A DNA stretch of 37,281 bases from a virus (IMGVR_UViG_3300017965_000007:1-37281), one strand, 5' to 3'. Numbered from the stretch's first letter, positions 16,939 to 27,538 are shown. Notes: generated by a model not told the origin, from the sequence alone. Made by a program: numbers and translations.

Positions 16939-17189
16939 TGAAAAAGCCCGGCGACGACCTCGGCATCCTCCTGATCGGCGAGAAAAAGCCGAAGGGGGGG
17001 ACGCCCATGGACGACGAGGAAGGCGGCGGCGACGACGCCAAGACGCTCGCGGCGGAGGCGTTTCTCAAGGCCATCAAGAAGAACGACGCACAAGCCCTGG
17101 GCGAGGCGTTCAGTCAGATGATGGTCGTGTGCGACGACGAGTACGACGACGAGCACGACGACGACGAGTCTGACGCCGAAGACGAATAA
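16938..17189 (+). CDS. small very acidic protein (MKKPGDDLGILLIG...DDEYDDEHDDDESDAEDE)
   Basis: TGATG coupling; ends just before the GGAGG SD of the next gene. Confidence 0.65.
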   Translation: MKKPGDDLGILLIGEKKPKGGTPMDDEEGGGDDAKTLAAEAFLKAIKKNDAQALGEAFSQMMVVCDDEYDDEHDDDESDAEDE

Positions 17190-17200
17190 GGAGGCAGATC

Positions 17201-17881
17201 GTGGCCGTCGCGTTCCTCATCACGGACATCCAAGAGCGCGTGCGCGACCGCTGCGATCTGCCCGTCTACACGGCCAACACCAAGGTCACGACTGCCGCCA
17301 TCCTGCGCTACGTGCAGGAGTCCGCGCGCGAGCTGAGCGGCATCATGGAGGACGGCGACTGGCACTTCGTGAGTACGGCGCCGCTCGTGACCGTGGCCGG
17401 CGTCGCGACCGTCGCCCTGCCGCTCAACTTCTCGCAGCTGACGCGGCTGTGCTGGCTGCGTGGTCCGGGCGACGTCTTCGTCCTCGAGGCCGCCAACCTC
17501 GAGGACGTGCACCCCGCGCTGAGCGGACAGACCTGGGATCTTGTCAGCCCCCGCTATCGCATCGTGGCCGACACGCTCGAGTTCTTTCCGCCCCCTGCCG
17601 CCGTGCACCAGCTCGAGCTGCGCTACAGCACGGGCGCGTTCATTGCCAGCGCTGCCGACACGCTCAACGGCCAGGTCGGCTGGGACACGTGGATCGTCTA
17701 CAACTGCTGCTGCATCGTGAAGCAGCGCGCGGGCGAGGACTACGCCGCCTTCGCCACCGAGCGCGAGCGCATCGAGCAGCGGATCAAGACCAAGAGGAAG
17801 GACCCGCACGGCGTCGTGCAGCCGCGCGACATGCAGAACTGGAGCAGCCTCGAGCGCCATGCGCACTGGTGGAGGTTCTGA
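17201..17881 (+). CDS. head-tail adaptor / tail tubular protein A-like
   Basis: ITDIQERVRDRCD...ALPLNF...PRYRIVADTLEFFPPP...LRY pattern of podophage adaptors; synteny. Confidence 0.7.
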   Translation: MAVAFLITDIQERVRDRCDLPVYTANTKVTTAAILRYVQESARELSGIMEDGDWHFVSTAPLVTVAGVATVALPLNFSQLTRLCWLRGPGDVFVLEAANLEDVHPALSGQTWDLVSPRYRIVADTLEFFPPPAAVHQLELRYSTGAFIASAADTLNGQVGWDTWIVYNCCCIVKQRAGEDYAAFATERERIEQRIKTKRKDPHGVVQPRDMQNWSSLERHAHWWRF

Positions 17882-18174
17882 TGCTGCGCCAGCCACGCGA
17901 GGGCACCACGCTGCTTGAGTTCTACCGGCAGCTGCAGCAGGGCAGTCCCCTGGTCGACGGCCAACTCGTGAGCGTCGAGGCTCAGGCCACGACCAGCGTG
18001 CAGTCGGTGCGGCATGGCCTTGGGCGCGTGTACCGCGGGGCGTTTCCGGTCCTCTGCGACGCCAACGTGGCGCTGCGTGCGCTCGCTCCCGAGGGCCAGG
18101 ACGAGCCCGAGACGTTCCTCTACTTCGCACTGAGCGCGCCGACCGCCGCCAAGGTGCGGGTCTGGTGCTTCTGA
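17881..18174 (+). CDS. small virion protein (VRHGLGRVYRG)
   Basis: GGAGG SD; TGATG coupling; HGLG beta motif common in tail-associated proteins. Confidence 0.6.
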   Translation: MLRQPREGTTLLEFYRQLQQGSPLVDGQLVSVEAQATTSVQSVRHGLGRVYRGAFPVLCDANVALRALAPEGQDEPETFLYFALSAPTAAKVRVWCF

Positions 18175-18175
18175 G

Positions 18176-21100
18176 ATGGCCGACCCGCGCACGCAGCTGA
18201 TGACGTTCCCCCTGACGCTCGGCATGGACAACGTCTCGCACCCCGAGCTCGTGCAGCCGGTGGGGGCGCGGCCGCGTGTCGTGCGCAGCATGAATACGCG
18301 GCTCACCAAGGTGCCGGGGATAGCCTCCAAGGCGCCTGACATCGGCATCTCGATCAACACCCTCACCTCGATGCAGGGCGGCGTGATCCCTGCCGGGCTG
18401 ACCGACTCCACGCTGCTCCCTGACTCCAAGATCTCCGTGCCCGTCATGCGCCGCATGGTCCGGACCGCGCTCGCCAACGCGGTGCACTACACCGCGCCGC
18501 CGGCCGTGCAGAGCATGTACTACCCCGCCCAGGTCGTGCGCGCGGGCGTACTGCCTGGCTCGAACACCAGCGTGCTCAACGCCAGCGCGGCCTACAGCAG
18601 CGTCAACGCCTGGACCTACTACGTCACCATCCAGCGCTACCAAAGCGTCTCGGGCGTGTTTCTGGCCGTCCTCGGCGACGATGGGCGCGAGATCGTCACC
18701 TCTCAGCTCCTGCTTTCGTTCACAACCCCGTTCGACAACGAGCGCAACTTTGCTGCCGTCAGCGTGCACGGCGCCGTCGCGGTCCTCTGGTATGCGGACG
18801 GCGCATCCCCGCAGCTGCGCGCCCGCACGATCGCCATCAACACGTCTACCCTCGCGGTCTCCCTCGGCGCCCCCGTGGTCGTCCACACTGCGGTGGGCGG
18901 CGTCTTTCCGGGGCCCGCGCTGACGCAGATCTCCTACGACCTCTTCGACACGTCCAACGCGTACGTGATCTGCCTGAGCGCCGCCGACGCGACCAAGTTT
19001 ACCGTGCTGCGCGTCGCGGTCCCTGGGCTCACGTTCCCTGCCAGCTACACAAGCCCTGCCCTGAGCGGAGCCCTCGTCTACCTCGCCATCTCGTACTGCT
19101 CTCAGGCGGGCCTCATCGCTGCTGCCCACGCCGCTGGCGGCAAGATCAACGAGTACGAGCTCAACCCGACGAGCCTCGCCGAGGTGTGGTCGCTGCCCGC
19201 GCAGCTCGAGGACGGCCAGCCAAGCTGCGGCTTTGAGCTGTCGGGCGCGCTCGTTCGCCGCGTGTTTGCCGTCTCGCGCACCGCAGCGGGCCAAAGGGGC
19301 ACGCTCGTCGAGTGGCGCGACGCGGTTGCCGGAGCGCTCGTGGCGAGCGGCCTCCTCAAGCACCAGACCATGGTCGGCCAGATCGTGACGATGTACTCGG
19401 GCCTTGGCGGCGAGGTGTGCTGCCTGTTCACGACGCAGGTCTGCTATCGGCCGAACCTGCCCATGCTCTCCTACGACCCGATCCACAGCCCCACGATCGG
19501 CAGCAACTTCGTGCCCGACCCCTCGATCGAGGTCTTTCGTCTGGGCCTGCAAGTCGCGCCAGGAGGCGCCGCCGCGCTGCTCCCCTCATGCGTAGCGCGC
19601 CTTGGCACCGACCTCGCGATTCGCTACCCCGGCGCCCTCAACCCGTTTGACCCGGGCGGCGTCAATCCCAATCGTCTGTTCATTCAGGCGCCGCTCAGCT
19701 GCTTGTGCGTGAACCCGGGGCGCGCCCTGATTACCTATCTCCAGGAGAACACTGTCGAGGGCAACGTCGCGATGGGGTACTCGGTGCGCCACGCGCTCCT
19801 GAGCTTTGAGGCGCTGCAGCCGCGCTTCGCGCACACAGGCGAAGGTGCGACGATCGTCGCGGGCGCCCTTCCCGCGGTGTGGGACGGCGCGAGGCTCACG
19901 GAGTTCTCGCCCATCAGGCAGACCTCGATCAGCGTGGACACGACAGGCGTCGGCCCCGCGTTTCCCGCGGGCGCGTATCTGTTCGCGGCGGTGATCACCT
20001 GGGTCGACGCGCAGGGGCAGCTGCACAGGAGCGCCCCGAGCAACATCGTCAGCCAAGCCATGCCGGGCGCGCTCGCCCCGACCGTCTACGTCAGGCTGCC
20101 CGACTCGTACCGCAACGCCGCGTCGCAGCCGGGCTTTCAGGTCGTGCTCTACGTCTCCGAGGTGAACGGCACCGTGCTCTATGCCAATCCCGCGTGGCTC
20201 AACATCGCATCGGCCGCGCTCTACAGCGCCGACTACGCCACGCTCAGCAACATCCCGCTCCCCGTCGTCGACGCCTTTCATCCGGCGATCTACACCGACG
20301 GCTCCGCCACGCAGCCGCTCGCCGCGTTCTGTCCCAACGCATGCCTTGACGTCGCTGTCATCGCCGACCGCGCGTGGATGCTCGACGCCGAGCGCCCCGG
20401 GCGCTGGTGGTTCTCGAAGCCCAAGGAGGCGGGCGTGTTCTTTGAGATGAGCCCCGACCTCTACCTCGACACGCCGAGCAACGCCGGCAACGGCATCGCC
20501 CTGAGCGAGTGGCAGGGCAATCCCGTGTTCCTGACCTCCAAGGGCATCTGGGCGACCGCGGGCGAGGGTCCGGACGCGCTGGCCCAACCGCCCAACTTCG
20601 CCGCCGCGGTACAGGTGTCCGATGTCGCGTGCACGCAGCGCCTGAGCGTCGTCAAGACCCCCGTCGGCGTGATGTTTGTGGCGGACAACAGGTTCGCGCG
20701 GTTTTCCGGTCAAATGGTGAGCTACCCGGAGATTCACGCCAACGCCCACGGCGCCATCGTGGGCACCGCGATCTTTCGTGACGAGCAGGAGGTCTGCTGG
20801 TTCACGTCGGACGGCCACGTCTTTGTCTACAACTGGATCGTCGACGCGTTCACGCTCTGGGACACCACGGTTACCCGCCTGGCGTCGATGACGGGCGCCG
20901 CGCAGCGTGCCGACGGCCAGGTGGTGATGGTGAACAGCAACGCCATCCACCGGATGGACCCCACGCGGCCCTCGACCAACGCCCAGATCGAGATCGCGAC
21001 GGGACACGTGAGCCTCGGCGACAAGAGCGACAACAACTTGCTCGAGAACATCGTGCTGCATGCGCGCCGGCACTTCGACTTCGCGCACGGCCTCACAATC

Positions 21101-21358
21101 ACGGTGCTGTCGGACTACGGCAGCGCCGAGCTCGACACCAAGACGCGCACCGCTGCCGAGGTGACCGCCTCCACCAACAGTGAGAACGTCTACGACATCG
21201 TGCTCGAGCCCGCGCAGCAGGCTGCGCGCGCGGTGCAGGTCACGCTCACCGAGACGGGCGCGACGTTTGAGAGCTTTCAGCCGATCTCGCTCACGTTCGA
21301 GGTCATCAAGAAACCCGGCAAGGCCTGGCGCAACGTGCCGGAGAGCGCGAGGGTCTAA
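18176..21358 (+). CDS. tail nozzle / tail tubular protein B-like (1060 aa)
   Basis: Large beta-rich protein after the adaptor; RWWFSKP, SVVKTPVGVMF, EQEVCWF, VYNW propeller-like segments. Confidence 0.65.
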   Translation: MADPRTQLMTFPLTLGMDNVSHPELVQPVGARPRVVRSMNTRLTKVPGIASKAPDIGISINTLTSMQGGVIPAGLTDSTLLPDSKISVPVMRRMVRTALANAVHYTAPPAVQSMYYPAQVVRAGVLPGSNTSVLNASAAYSSVNAWTYYVTIQRYQSVSGVFLAVLGDDGREIVTSQLLLSFTTPFDNERNFAAVSVHGAVAVLWYADGASPQLRARTIAINTSTLAVSLGAPVVVHTAVGGVFPGPALTQISYDLFDTSNAYVICLSAADATKFTVLRVAVPGLTFPASYTSPALSGALVYLAISYCSQAGLIAAAHAAGGKINEYELNPTSLAEVWSLPAQLEDGQPSCGFELSGALVRRVFAVSRTAAGQRGTLVEWRDAVAGALVASGLLKHQTMVGQIVTMYSGLGGEVCCLFTTQVCYRPNLPMLSYDPIHSPTIGSNFVPDPSIEVFRLGLQVAPGGAAALLPSCVARLGTDLAIRYPGALNPFDPGGVNPNRLFIQAPLSCLCVNPGRALITYLQENTVEGNVAMGYSVRHALLSFEALQPRFAHTGEGATIVAGALPAVWDGARLTEFSPIRQTSISVDTTGVGPAFPAGAYLFAAVITWVDAQGQLHRSAPSNIVSQAMPGALAPTVYVRLPDSYRNAASQPGFQVVLYVSEVNGTVLYANPAWLNIASAALYSADYATLSNIPLPVVDAFHPAIYTDGSATQPLAAFCPNACLDVAVIADRAWMLDAERPGRWWFSKPKEAGVFFEMSPDLYLDTPSNAGNGIALSEWQGNPVFLTSKGIWATAGEGPDALAQPPNFAAAVQVSDVACTQRLSVVKTPVGVMFVADNRFARFSGQMVSYPEIHANAHGAIVGTAIFRDEQEVCWFTSDGHVFVYNWIVDAFTLWDTTVTRLASMTGAAQRADGQVVMVNSNAIHRMDPTRPSTNAQIEIATGHVSLGDKSDNNLLENIVLHARRHFDFAHGLTITVLSDYGSAELDTKTRTAAEVTASTNSENVYDIVLEPAQQAARAVQVTLTETGATFESFQPISLTFEVIKKPGKAWRNVPESARV

Positions 21359-22497
21359 TGGGCGGCGGCATACAAGGCAAGGACCACGTGGGCGTCATCG
21401 AAAAAGGCAAGCACCGTCGATCCAAGCAGCGCAAGAAAGAGGCGCCCCGGAGTCAGCACTTCGGCGGCAGCAAGGAAGCCTCCGACAAGCTCGCCGGGCG
21501 CGACGCGTCCAACATCGAGGGCGGCCAGGCCGGCGTCACCGCGGGCCTCGACACGGCGTACCGGGAGCGCGACAAGTACCAGTCGGACGTCGACTACCAG
21601 AAAGATCAGATCCGCAAAGAGCGCGAGGACTACCGCAAGAAGACCGACGTCACCCTCGACCAGAACGAGGGCGAGCGCATCAAGCAGCTCGACAAGGAGA
21701 CCGCGTACGGCGCCGGTGCTGACCAGGCCCTCGGGGACTACCGCGCAGGTCGTGGCGACATCCTCGGCGGCGCGGGTCGCCTTGAGGCCGCCGGAGGCGC
21801 CTCGGCGGACATGCTCGAGGGCTACGCCAAGAACGCCGCGGGCGAGTACCAGTCGGCGGCAGACGCCGCCTTCAATGCCTCTGCCAACCGAGGCCAGAAG
21901 AACGCGCTCGCACTCGCCGCGGGCCGCGGGCCGAGCGCGGTTCGGACGGCGCTGGCCACGGCGGGCGCCAATAACCAGCAGGCGATGCTCGACCAGCAGG
22001 CGACGCGCGCCGCAGAGGCCAACCAGCTCAACGCGATGCGTGACCAGGCCGTCGCGCAGGCGGCCGGCATTCGCGCCGGCGGCATCAGCGGCGCGATCGA
22101 CGCGCGCACCGGCCTGAGCGCGCAGGACCAAGCTGCGGCGGGCCTCCAGGCAGGGCGCGAGGCGGGCGCGCGCACGGCGGCGCAGCAGGGCCTGCAGACG
22201 CGCGGCGCGCTCGAGGCCGCGGGCGCGGACTACCAGCTGAAGGCGGGCGGCGAGGAGCGCGCAGCGGACGCGTCCAGCGCCGCGATGGGCTCGCAGCTGG
22301 CAGGCCAGCACCTCGGCGCCGCCGGCGGTCAGCGCGACTCGTTCCTCGGCGCAGAGTCGGCCCGGTCGACAGCGCAGCTCGGCTCGGACGCCGCCACCGA
22401 GGCCGCGCGCATCGAGCACCAGAAAGAGCAGTCCGGCCTCGCCAAGGCGGGCAAATGGACCAGTGCGCTGACCCTCGGAATCTTGGGGAGTAAGTAG
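21358..22497 (+). CDS. putative internal virion / DNA-ejection protein
   Basis: Ala/Gly/Gln-rich helical protein after the nozzle; hydrophobic C-terminal tip. Confidence 0.5.
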   Translation: MGGGIQGKDHVGVIEKGKHRRSKQRKKEAPRSQHFGGSKEASDKLAGRDASNIEGGQAGVTAGLDTAYRERDKYQSDVDYQKDQIRKEREDYRKKTDVTLDQNEGERIKQLDKETAYGAGADQALGDYRAGRGDILGGAGRLEAAGGASADMLEGYAKNAAGEYQSAADAAFNASANRGQKNALALAAGRGPSAVRTALATAGANNQQAMLDQQATRAAEANQLNAMRDQAVAQAAGIRAGGISGAIDARTGLSAQDQAAAGLQAGREAGARTAAQQGLQTRGALEAAGADYQLKAGGEERAADASSAAMGSQLAGQHLGAAGGQRDSFLGAESARSTAQLGSDAATEAARIEHQKEQSGLAKAGKWTSALTLGILGSK

Positions 22498-22499
22498 TC

Positions 22500-22808
22500 A
22501 TGAGCCTCGTCGGTAACCTCACCTCCGGCATCACGGACGACCTGACCGTGGACGAGCAGAACGGCGCGCTCCAGAACGTGGGCAGCGACTTCCGCGTGCC
22601 GGCCGCCGCGCCCACCAGCAACGCGCAGCAGCTGACCCGTCCGCCGCCGCCGGGCGCGCAGCAGGCGGGCGGTGGTGGGCAGGCCGCCCTGGGGACGGCC
22701 CAGCAGGTCCTCGGCGCGACTGAGGGCCTCACGGAGCAGGAGGGCGAGAAGAACGGCCTCGGTCGTGCGCTCGGGCTCATCGGAAAAATCTACAGCTTCG
22801 GAGCGTGA
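22500..22808 (+). CDS. putative small internal virion protein
   Basis: GGGGAG SD; amphipathic C-terminus LGRALGLIGKIYSFGA. Confidence 0.5.
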   Translation: MSLVGNLTSGITDDLTVDEQNGALQNVGSDFRVPAAAPTSNAQQLTRPPPPGAQQAGGGGQAALGTAQQVLGATEGLTEQEGEKNGLGRALGLIGKIYSFGA

Positions 22809-22809
22809 C

Positions 22810-24681
22810 ATGGCGGCTTCTCTCGGCAGCTACGTAGACGATCTCCCGGGCCTCTCGCCCGAGGAGCTTGAGCGCGCGCTCGCGGCGACCGAGACTGCGC
22901 CTGCGCCCGTCGCGCCTACGCCTGCCGAGATGGAGGGCGCAGCGGCGGCTGCTGCCGCGCCCTCAGCGCCAGCGCCGCCCGCCCCGCCAGCTCCAGAGGC
23001 GGCGCTCGACGCGCCCATCCAGCGCTCGGCTGCGAAGGGGTTCAAGGCGACGGTGCGCGACTACCAGGACCAGGAGATCGCCGACGCCAACAAGCGGCTC
23101 GGTCTCGCTGAGCGCGCGGGCGACGAGACCGCGATGACGCACACGAAGGCGGCGGCCTTGCGCCATGAGCAGGCGGACGAGGCGAGGTCGGCGCTCGACA
23201 CGGCGAAGGCCGACGCGGGCAAGCACAAGGCCAAGCGCGAGGAGTACGAGAAGCGCGCCGACGCCGTGTACGAGGAGATGGCTGCGAACAAGCGCCCTCC
23301 GGACCGCGCCATGGTCGAGAAGGTGATGGGCGTGCTCGCGGGCCTTGCCGCGATGGGCGGGCACTCCTCGGGCGCGCAGGGGCTTCAGCTGATCGGCAGC
23401 CTGTTCGCGCCAGACCGTGCGCAGTGGGCTGGCGAGCAAGCGGCCAACAGCCAGCTTTACCAGGCGGCCACGCGCGGCATCGACGTGAACAACGCATCCG
23501 AGGAGCACGACTACCAGATCGCCAGCCGCGTCGGCGCCGCCAAGGCGCACGAGATTGAGGCGGCGCTTGACGCGGTCAAGGAAGAAGGCCTCAGCGAGGA
23601 GGGCATGCGCGCGGCCGACGATCTGAAGCTGAACGTGCGTCAGCAGGCGCGCGGCTTTTTGACCAAGGCGGCACAGGATGAAGAGGCCGCGCGCTTGAAG
23701 GCGGCTGCCCTGGCGAAATCGAGGGCACTCACGCGCAAGGAGGAGTTCTTCAACCAGGTGCCGCTCGATGAGCTACGCGCGATGCCTGCGCACGAGCGCG
23801 GCAAGATTGGAAACGAGGTGCTGGCCCAGCGCAACAAGGACGACCAGGCCTTTCTCGGTGGCAAGGCGGAGCTGGAAGGCAAGGAGCAGGCGCGCGAGAA
23901 AGGCGAGCAGGAGATCGAGGCGCTGCGTCAGAAGAACGCGCTGGGCCCCGATGCCAACCTCAGCGCCGACGAGCGCAAGGTCAGGCGCCTGCTCACCGGC
24001 GTCGCGCCGAGCGTCGCCAACCTGCGCAAGATGGCCGAGGCGAAGGAGGCGCCGCCGCACCCGTACAAGAAGTACGTGCCCGACCTCCTCACGTCCGAGG
24101 AGACGCTCAACCAGCAGGCGGACCTCAGCGCGGTGGCGGACATCCTGCTACGCGACGAGTCCGGCGCGGCCATCAGCCCAGACGAGAAGGCAAAGAAGCT
24201 GGACGGCTGGGGCGTGACCTCGGGCGACGCCGATGTGCGCCGCCGCGGTCTGAACAAGATGCTGGCCGAGTACGAGGCACGCCTCGGCGCTCACGGCGGA
24301 GCCGCGGGCGGCGAAGGCGGAGCGGCCAAGACATTCGAAGTGGGCACGGGGGGAGGCCTGCAGCGCGGCGCCCCTGCGCCTCGACGCGCAGCGCCCGTCG
24401 ACCCCAACGCGCCCGTGGCCATGATTACCCCCAAGGGCGCGCGCATCCAGGTACGCCCCGAGCAGGTCGAGGAGGCCAGGCGCCGCGGCGCAAAGCCGGC
24501 GTCCGACTTCGACTCGATCGGAAACCGAGACCGAGCCGACGCGGAGGTCGCACAGGCCGCTGCGCAGGCGGCGCAGGCCATGCAGGTCGCGCAAGCGGCG
24601 CCGCAGACCCCGGCCTACGCCGACATGAGCGACGAGGAGTACCGCGCGCAGGCCCTCCGTGACTCCGGGTACGCGCCATGA
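22810..24681 (+). CDS. putative internal virion / ejection protein
   Basis: GGAG SD before ATG 22810; coiled coil with hydrophobic GVLAGLAAMGG segment; ILLRDESGAAISPDE motif. Confidence 0.55.
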   Translation: MAASLGSYVDDLPGLSPEELERALAATETAPAPVAPTPAEMEGAAAAAAAPSAPAPPAPPAPEAALDAPIQRSAAKGFKATVRDYQDQEIADANKRLGLAERAGDETAMTHTKAAALRHEQADEARSALDTAKADAGKHKAKREEYEKRADAVYEEMAANKRPPDRAMVEKVMGVLAGLAAMGGHSSGAQGLQLIGSLFAPDRAQWAGEQAANSQLYQAATRGIDVNNASEEHDYQIASRVGAAKAHEIEAALDAVKEEGLSEEGMRAADDLKLNVRQQARGFLTKAAQDEEAARLKAAALAKSRALTRKEEFFNQVPLDELRAMPAHERGKIGNEVLAQRNKDDQAFLGGKAELEGKEQAREKGEQEIEALRQKNALGPDANLSADERKVRRLLTGVAPSVANLRKMAEAKEAPPHPYKKYVPDLLTSEETLNQQADLSAVADILLRDESGAAISPDEKAKKLDGWGVTSGDADVRRRGLNKMLAEYEARLGAHGGAAGGEGGAAKTFEVGTGGGLQRGAPAPRRAAPVDPNAPVAMITPKGARIQVRPEQVEEARRRGAKPASDFDSIGNRDRADAEVAQAAAQAAQAMQVAQAAPQTPAYADMSDEEYRAQALRDSGYAP

Positions 24682-27536
24682 GCGACGAGGCCGACTTCGC
24701 TGACCTGACGCAGCCGCTTGCGGCAGCGGAGGCGCCGGCGCCCGTCGACGAGGACTTTGCAGACCTGGCGATGCCCGCGATGGCAGCGATGCCGGCTTCC
24801 GACGAGATGGCAGCCACCGCCGCCCCCACGCGCGCCGCCGATGGCCGCGTGTACGTGCTGTCGCCGTCGGGCAACCTCGGCACCGTCGACGAGGCGGAGC
24901 TGCCCACCCTCGGCGCCGGCTACCAGCTCGCCGACGAGCAGACCGTCCAGAAGCAGATCGAGGCGGAGGAGTACGGCGACGTCGGCTCGCAGATCGGCGC
25001 GGGCCTCGAGGGCGTGGCGCAGGGCGCGACGCTCGGCGGCTACGGCGCGCTCGCGAGCCTCGCCAGCGACGACTACGATCGTGAGCGGCGCCTGCGCGAG
25101 GAGCACAACCCGGTCACCTCGACCGTGGGCAACGTGGTCGGCGCGGTGGCCCCGGCGCTCTTGTCGGGCGGCGCCGGCGCAGCGGGCACGGTCGCGCGGC
25201 TCGCGCCGGCGGCCCTCGAGGCGAACCTCGGCGCGAGGCTCGCGGCCCACCTCGGCACCAAGGCCGCCGCCTGGACCGCGTCTCGCGCCGGCCAGGTGGG
25301 AGCGCGCGCCATCGCGACGGGCCTTGAGAGCGCAGCCGACCAGGCGATTCGCACCGTGCTCGACGACGCCGCCAACGGCGACGTGGACGTGACCGCCGAG
25401 CGCATGCTGGACAGCGTCTGGAAGGGGGGCGCGTCCGGCGCGGGCCTCGAGCTCGGGCTCGGGGTGCTGGGGGCGGCTGGGCGGGCGGCTGGGCGGGGCG
25501 CGAGGAGGGCTACCGATGCTCTCGGCGAAGCGGTGGGCATCGGCGGCCGCAAGGCTGTCCCCGGAGCCGCTGCCGACGTCGCAGACGCGCTCCCCACGGT
25601 CTCGTTCGCGGACGACGCGGCCCGCCCAGGCGTCGCCAACGATGTGGTGGGCATGGACCCGATCGAGGCGCAGTCGGTGGCGGGCCCCTTGCGCAGCGCC
25701 GAGCTCGCCCCCCCAGACCGCGGCCTCGCCCAAGACGTGCTGGCAAAGGCGCGCGCGGCCGAGGGCGCGTTCGAGAGCGGGCAGCAGGGCGCGACGCGCA
25801 CCATCCGAAAGGACATGGACGGCCTCCTCAAGGACCTCGACGATGTCGACACACTGGCCAGCATCGGCGCCAAGCGTCGCGCGGCCGAGGTGTTCGACGG
25901 GCACGGGGCGCCGGTCGACCCCAAAGAGTTCGTGAACATGGTGGGCAGCTCTCGGGCGGCCATCGACGACATCATCGGCGAGCAGGGCGAGATCGCGCTC
26001 GCGTCCGGCGGCGGGCTTGGCGTGCTCAAGCAGACCCGGTCGATCCTGAACGGCGGCGAGAAGAAGATCATCGAGCACCTGAAGGCGGGCGACGTCGGCT
26101 CGGCGTACATGGTTGCGGACGACGTGAAGCGCGCGATCGGCAAGGCCCAGGGCACGAAAAACTCGGTGGCCAAGGGCAAGCTCAGGGACATCTACGAAGA
26201 CTGGCGCGGCTTCATGGAGAACGAGGAGCTGTTCGGCGAGCTCGCGCAAAAGCAGAAGCTCGTGAACCCTGCCTGGTCCGAGCGCATCAGGCGACAGCAG
26301 GACGGCGGCGTGGGCGGCTTTTTCACGCGCTCGGGCGACGCGGCCGAGGACCCCTTCGAGGTGCTCCGGCGCTCGAACGACGGCGCGATCGGCTCGCTCC
26401 TCAACCAACTCGGCAAGGCGGAGTCAGAGGCCACGGAGGAGGCGCTTCGGCGGTACTTGCGCTCGGCATCGATCGACGCCGAGACGCGCGCGGCCGCGTG
26501 GGGCACGCCCGAGCTGAAGGAGAGCGCCAAGCGCATCAAGCAGGCCACGGAGAAGATCGAGAGCAGCATGAACGCGGTGGCGCTGATGAAGCGCGACAGC
26601 GAGGCGTGGAAGGCGGCCAAAGAGACGGTCAAGGGCGTGCCCTTTGCAGAGGCCGCCATGGGCCTCGGCGCAGGAGCTGTGCGGAAGGCCGACGCGCTCG
26701 GCATGCTGGCGGGCCGCGCCGCACAAGACGCCCCCATGAGCCCCCTCGGCAAGCTCGCCGACGACGCCGCGCGCACCCAGGTGGCCATCGAGAAGACGGC
26801 CGACGACACGGTCAAGAACGTCCTTCAGCGCGGCCCCAAGCAGGCCGCCGTGCGCGCCGCCACCACCATCGCAAGCGCGGGCGCGATCAAGCGCGCCATG
26901 GAGCAGGCGGTCGCGCTCCAGGATCCCGAGTCACCCCCCGCCAAGGCGTTCGCCTCGAGCATCCAGATGCTCTCCCAGGACGACCCCGCGCTGGCCCAGG
27001 CCATCCAGCAGAAGGTGCAGGCGCGCAGTGACTTCCTCGCGAGCAAGATGCCGCCGCCCGTCGACCCCGGCGATCCGCTCGGCGTGCGGCCCGGGCGCAT
27101 GGACTCGGCCACGCAGAAAAAAAGCCAGCGCTACGTCGAGGCCGCCATCAACCCGCAGGCTGCGCTCACGCGTCTGTCGGCAGGGGTCGGCACGCGGGAA
27201 GACCTCGAGACGCTGCGCGCGCTCACGCCGCGCCTCTATGACGCGTACGTGCGCGGGGTCGAGCAGCGCGTGAAGCAGATGAAGCGCCCGCCCTCGACGC
27301 GTGAGCGCATGAAGCTCGCCTACGCGACGGGCCTGCCGATGGACCGCTCGGGTACGCCCCAGTCGATCAACTGGTACCAGCAGAGGAAGGCCCCGCCCAA
27401 GCCTGCCAACGCCGAGAGCCAGAACCCGAACCTTGCGCCCGTGCAGCCGGCGCAGCAGCCCCAGCCTTCCGCGGGCAGCAGCGGAGCGGCGCTCCAGCAC
27501 TACGCCACGCGGGCCGACCGCGCGACAGGAGGATAG
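24678..27536 (+). CDS. large internal virion / ejection protein (952 aa)
   Basis: GLEGVAQGATLGG...EHNPVTSTVGNVVGAVAP glycine-zipper region typical of podophage ejection proteins. Confidence 0.55.
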   Translation: MSDEADFADLTQPLAAAEAPAPVDEDFADLAMPAMAAMPASDEMAATAAPTRAADGRVYVLSPSGNLGTVDEAELPTLGAGYQLADEQTVQKQIEAEEYGDVGSQIGAGLEGVAQGATLGGYGALASLASDDYDRERRLREEHNPVTSTVGNVVGAVAPALLSGGAGAAGTVARLAPAALEANLGARLAAHLGTKAAAWTASRAGQVGARAIATGLESAADQAIRTVLDDAANGDVDVTAERMLDSVWKGGASGAGLELGLGVLGAAGRAAGRGARRATDALGEAVGIGGRKAVPGAAADVADALPTVSFADDAARPGVANDVVGMDPIEAQSVAGPLRSAELAPPDRGLAQDVLAKARAAEGAFESGQQGATRTIRKDMDGLLKDLDDVDTLASIGAKRRAAEVFDGHGAPVDPKEFVNMVGSSRAAIDDIIGEQGEIALASGGGLGVLKQTRSILNGGEKKIIEHLKAGDVGSAYMVADDVKRAIGKAQGTKNSVAKGKLRDIYEDWRGFMENEELFGELAQKQKLVNPAWSERIRRQQDGGVGGFFTRSGDAAEDPFEVLRRSNDGAIGSLLNQLGKAESEATEEALRRYLRSASIDAETRAAAWGTPELKESAKRIKQATEKIESSMNAVALMKRDSEAWKAAKETVKGVPFAEAAMGLGAGAVRKADALGMLAGRAAQDAPMSPLGKLADDAARTQVAIEKTADDTVKNVLQRGPKQAAVRAATTIASAGAIKRAMEQAVALQDPESPPAKAFASSIQMLSQDDPALAQAIQQKVQARSDFLASKMPPPVDPGDPLGVRPGRMDSATQKKSQRYVEAAINPQAALTRLSAGVGTREDLETLRALTPRLYDAYVRGVEQRVKQMKRPPSTRERMKLAYATGLPMDRSGTPQSINWYQQRKAPPKPANAESQNPNLAPVQPAQQPQPSAGSSGAALQHYATRADRATGG

Positions 27537-27538
27537 AC

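Noticed and set aside
9763-26408. Long antisense ORFs (704, 489, 812, 500 and 597 aa)
   Set aside because: They shadow terL, portal, nozzle and ejection genes; stop-poor antisense frames are expected at this GC content and they show no motifs
24678-27536. Tape measure protein
   Set aside because: No tail tube, terminator or tail assembly chaperone genes; context after adaptor and nozzle fits an ejection protein
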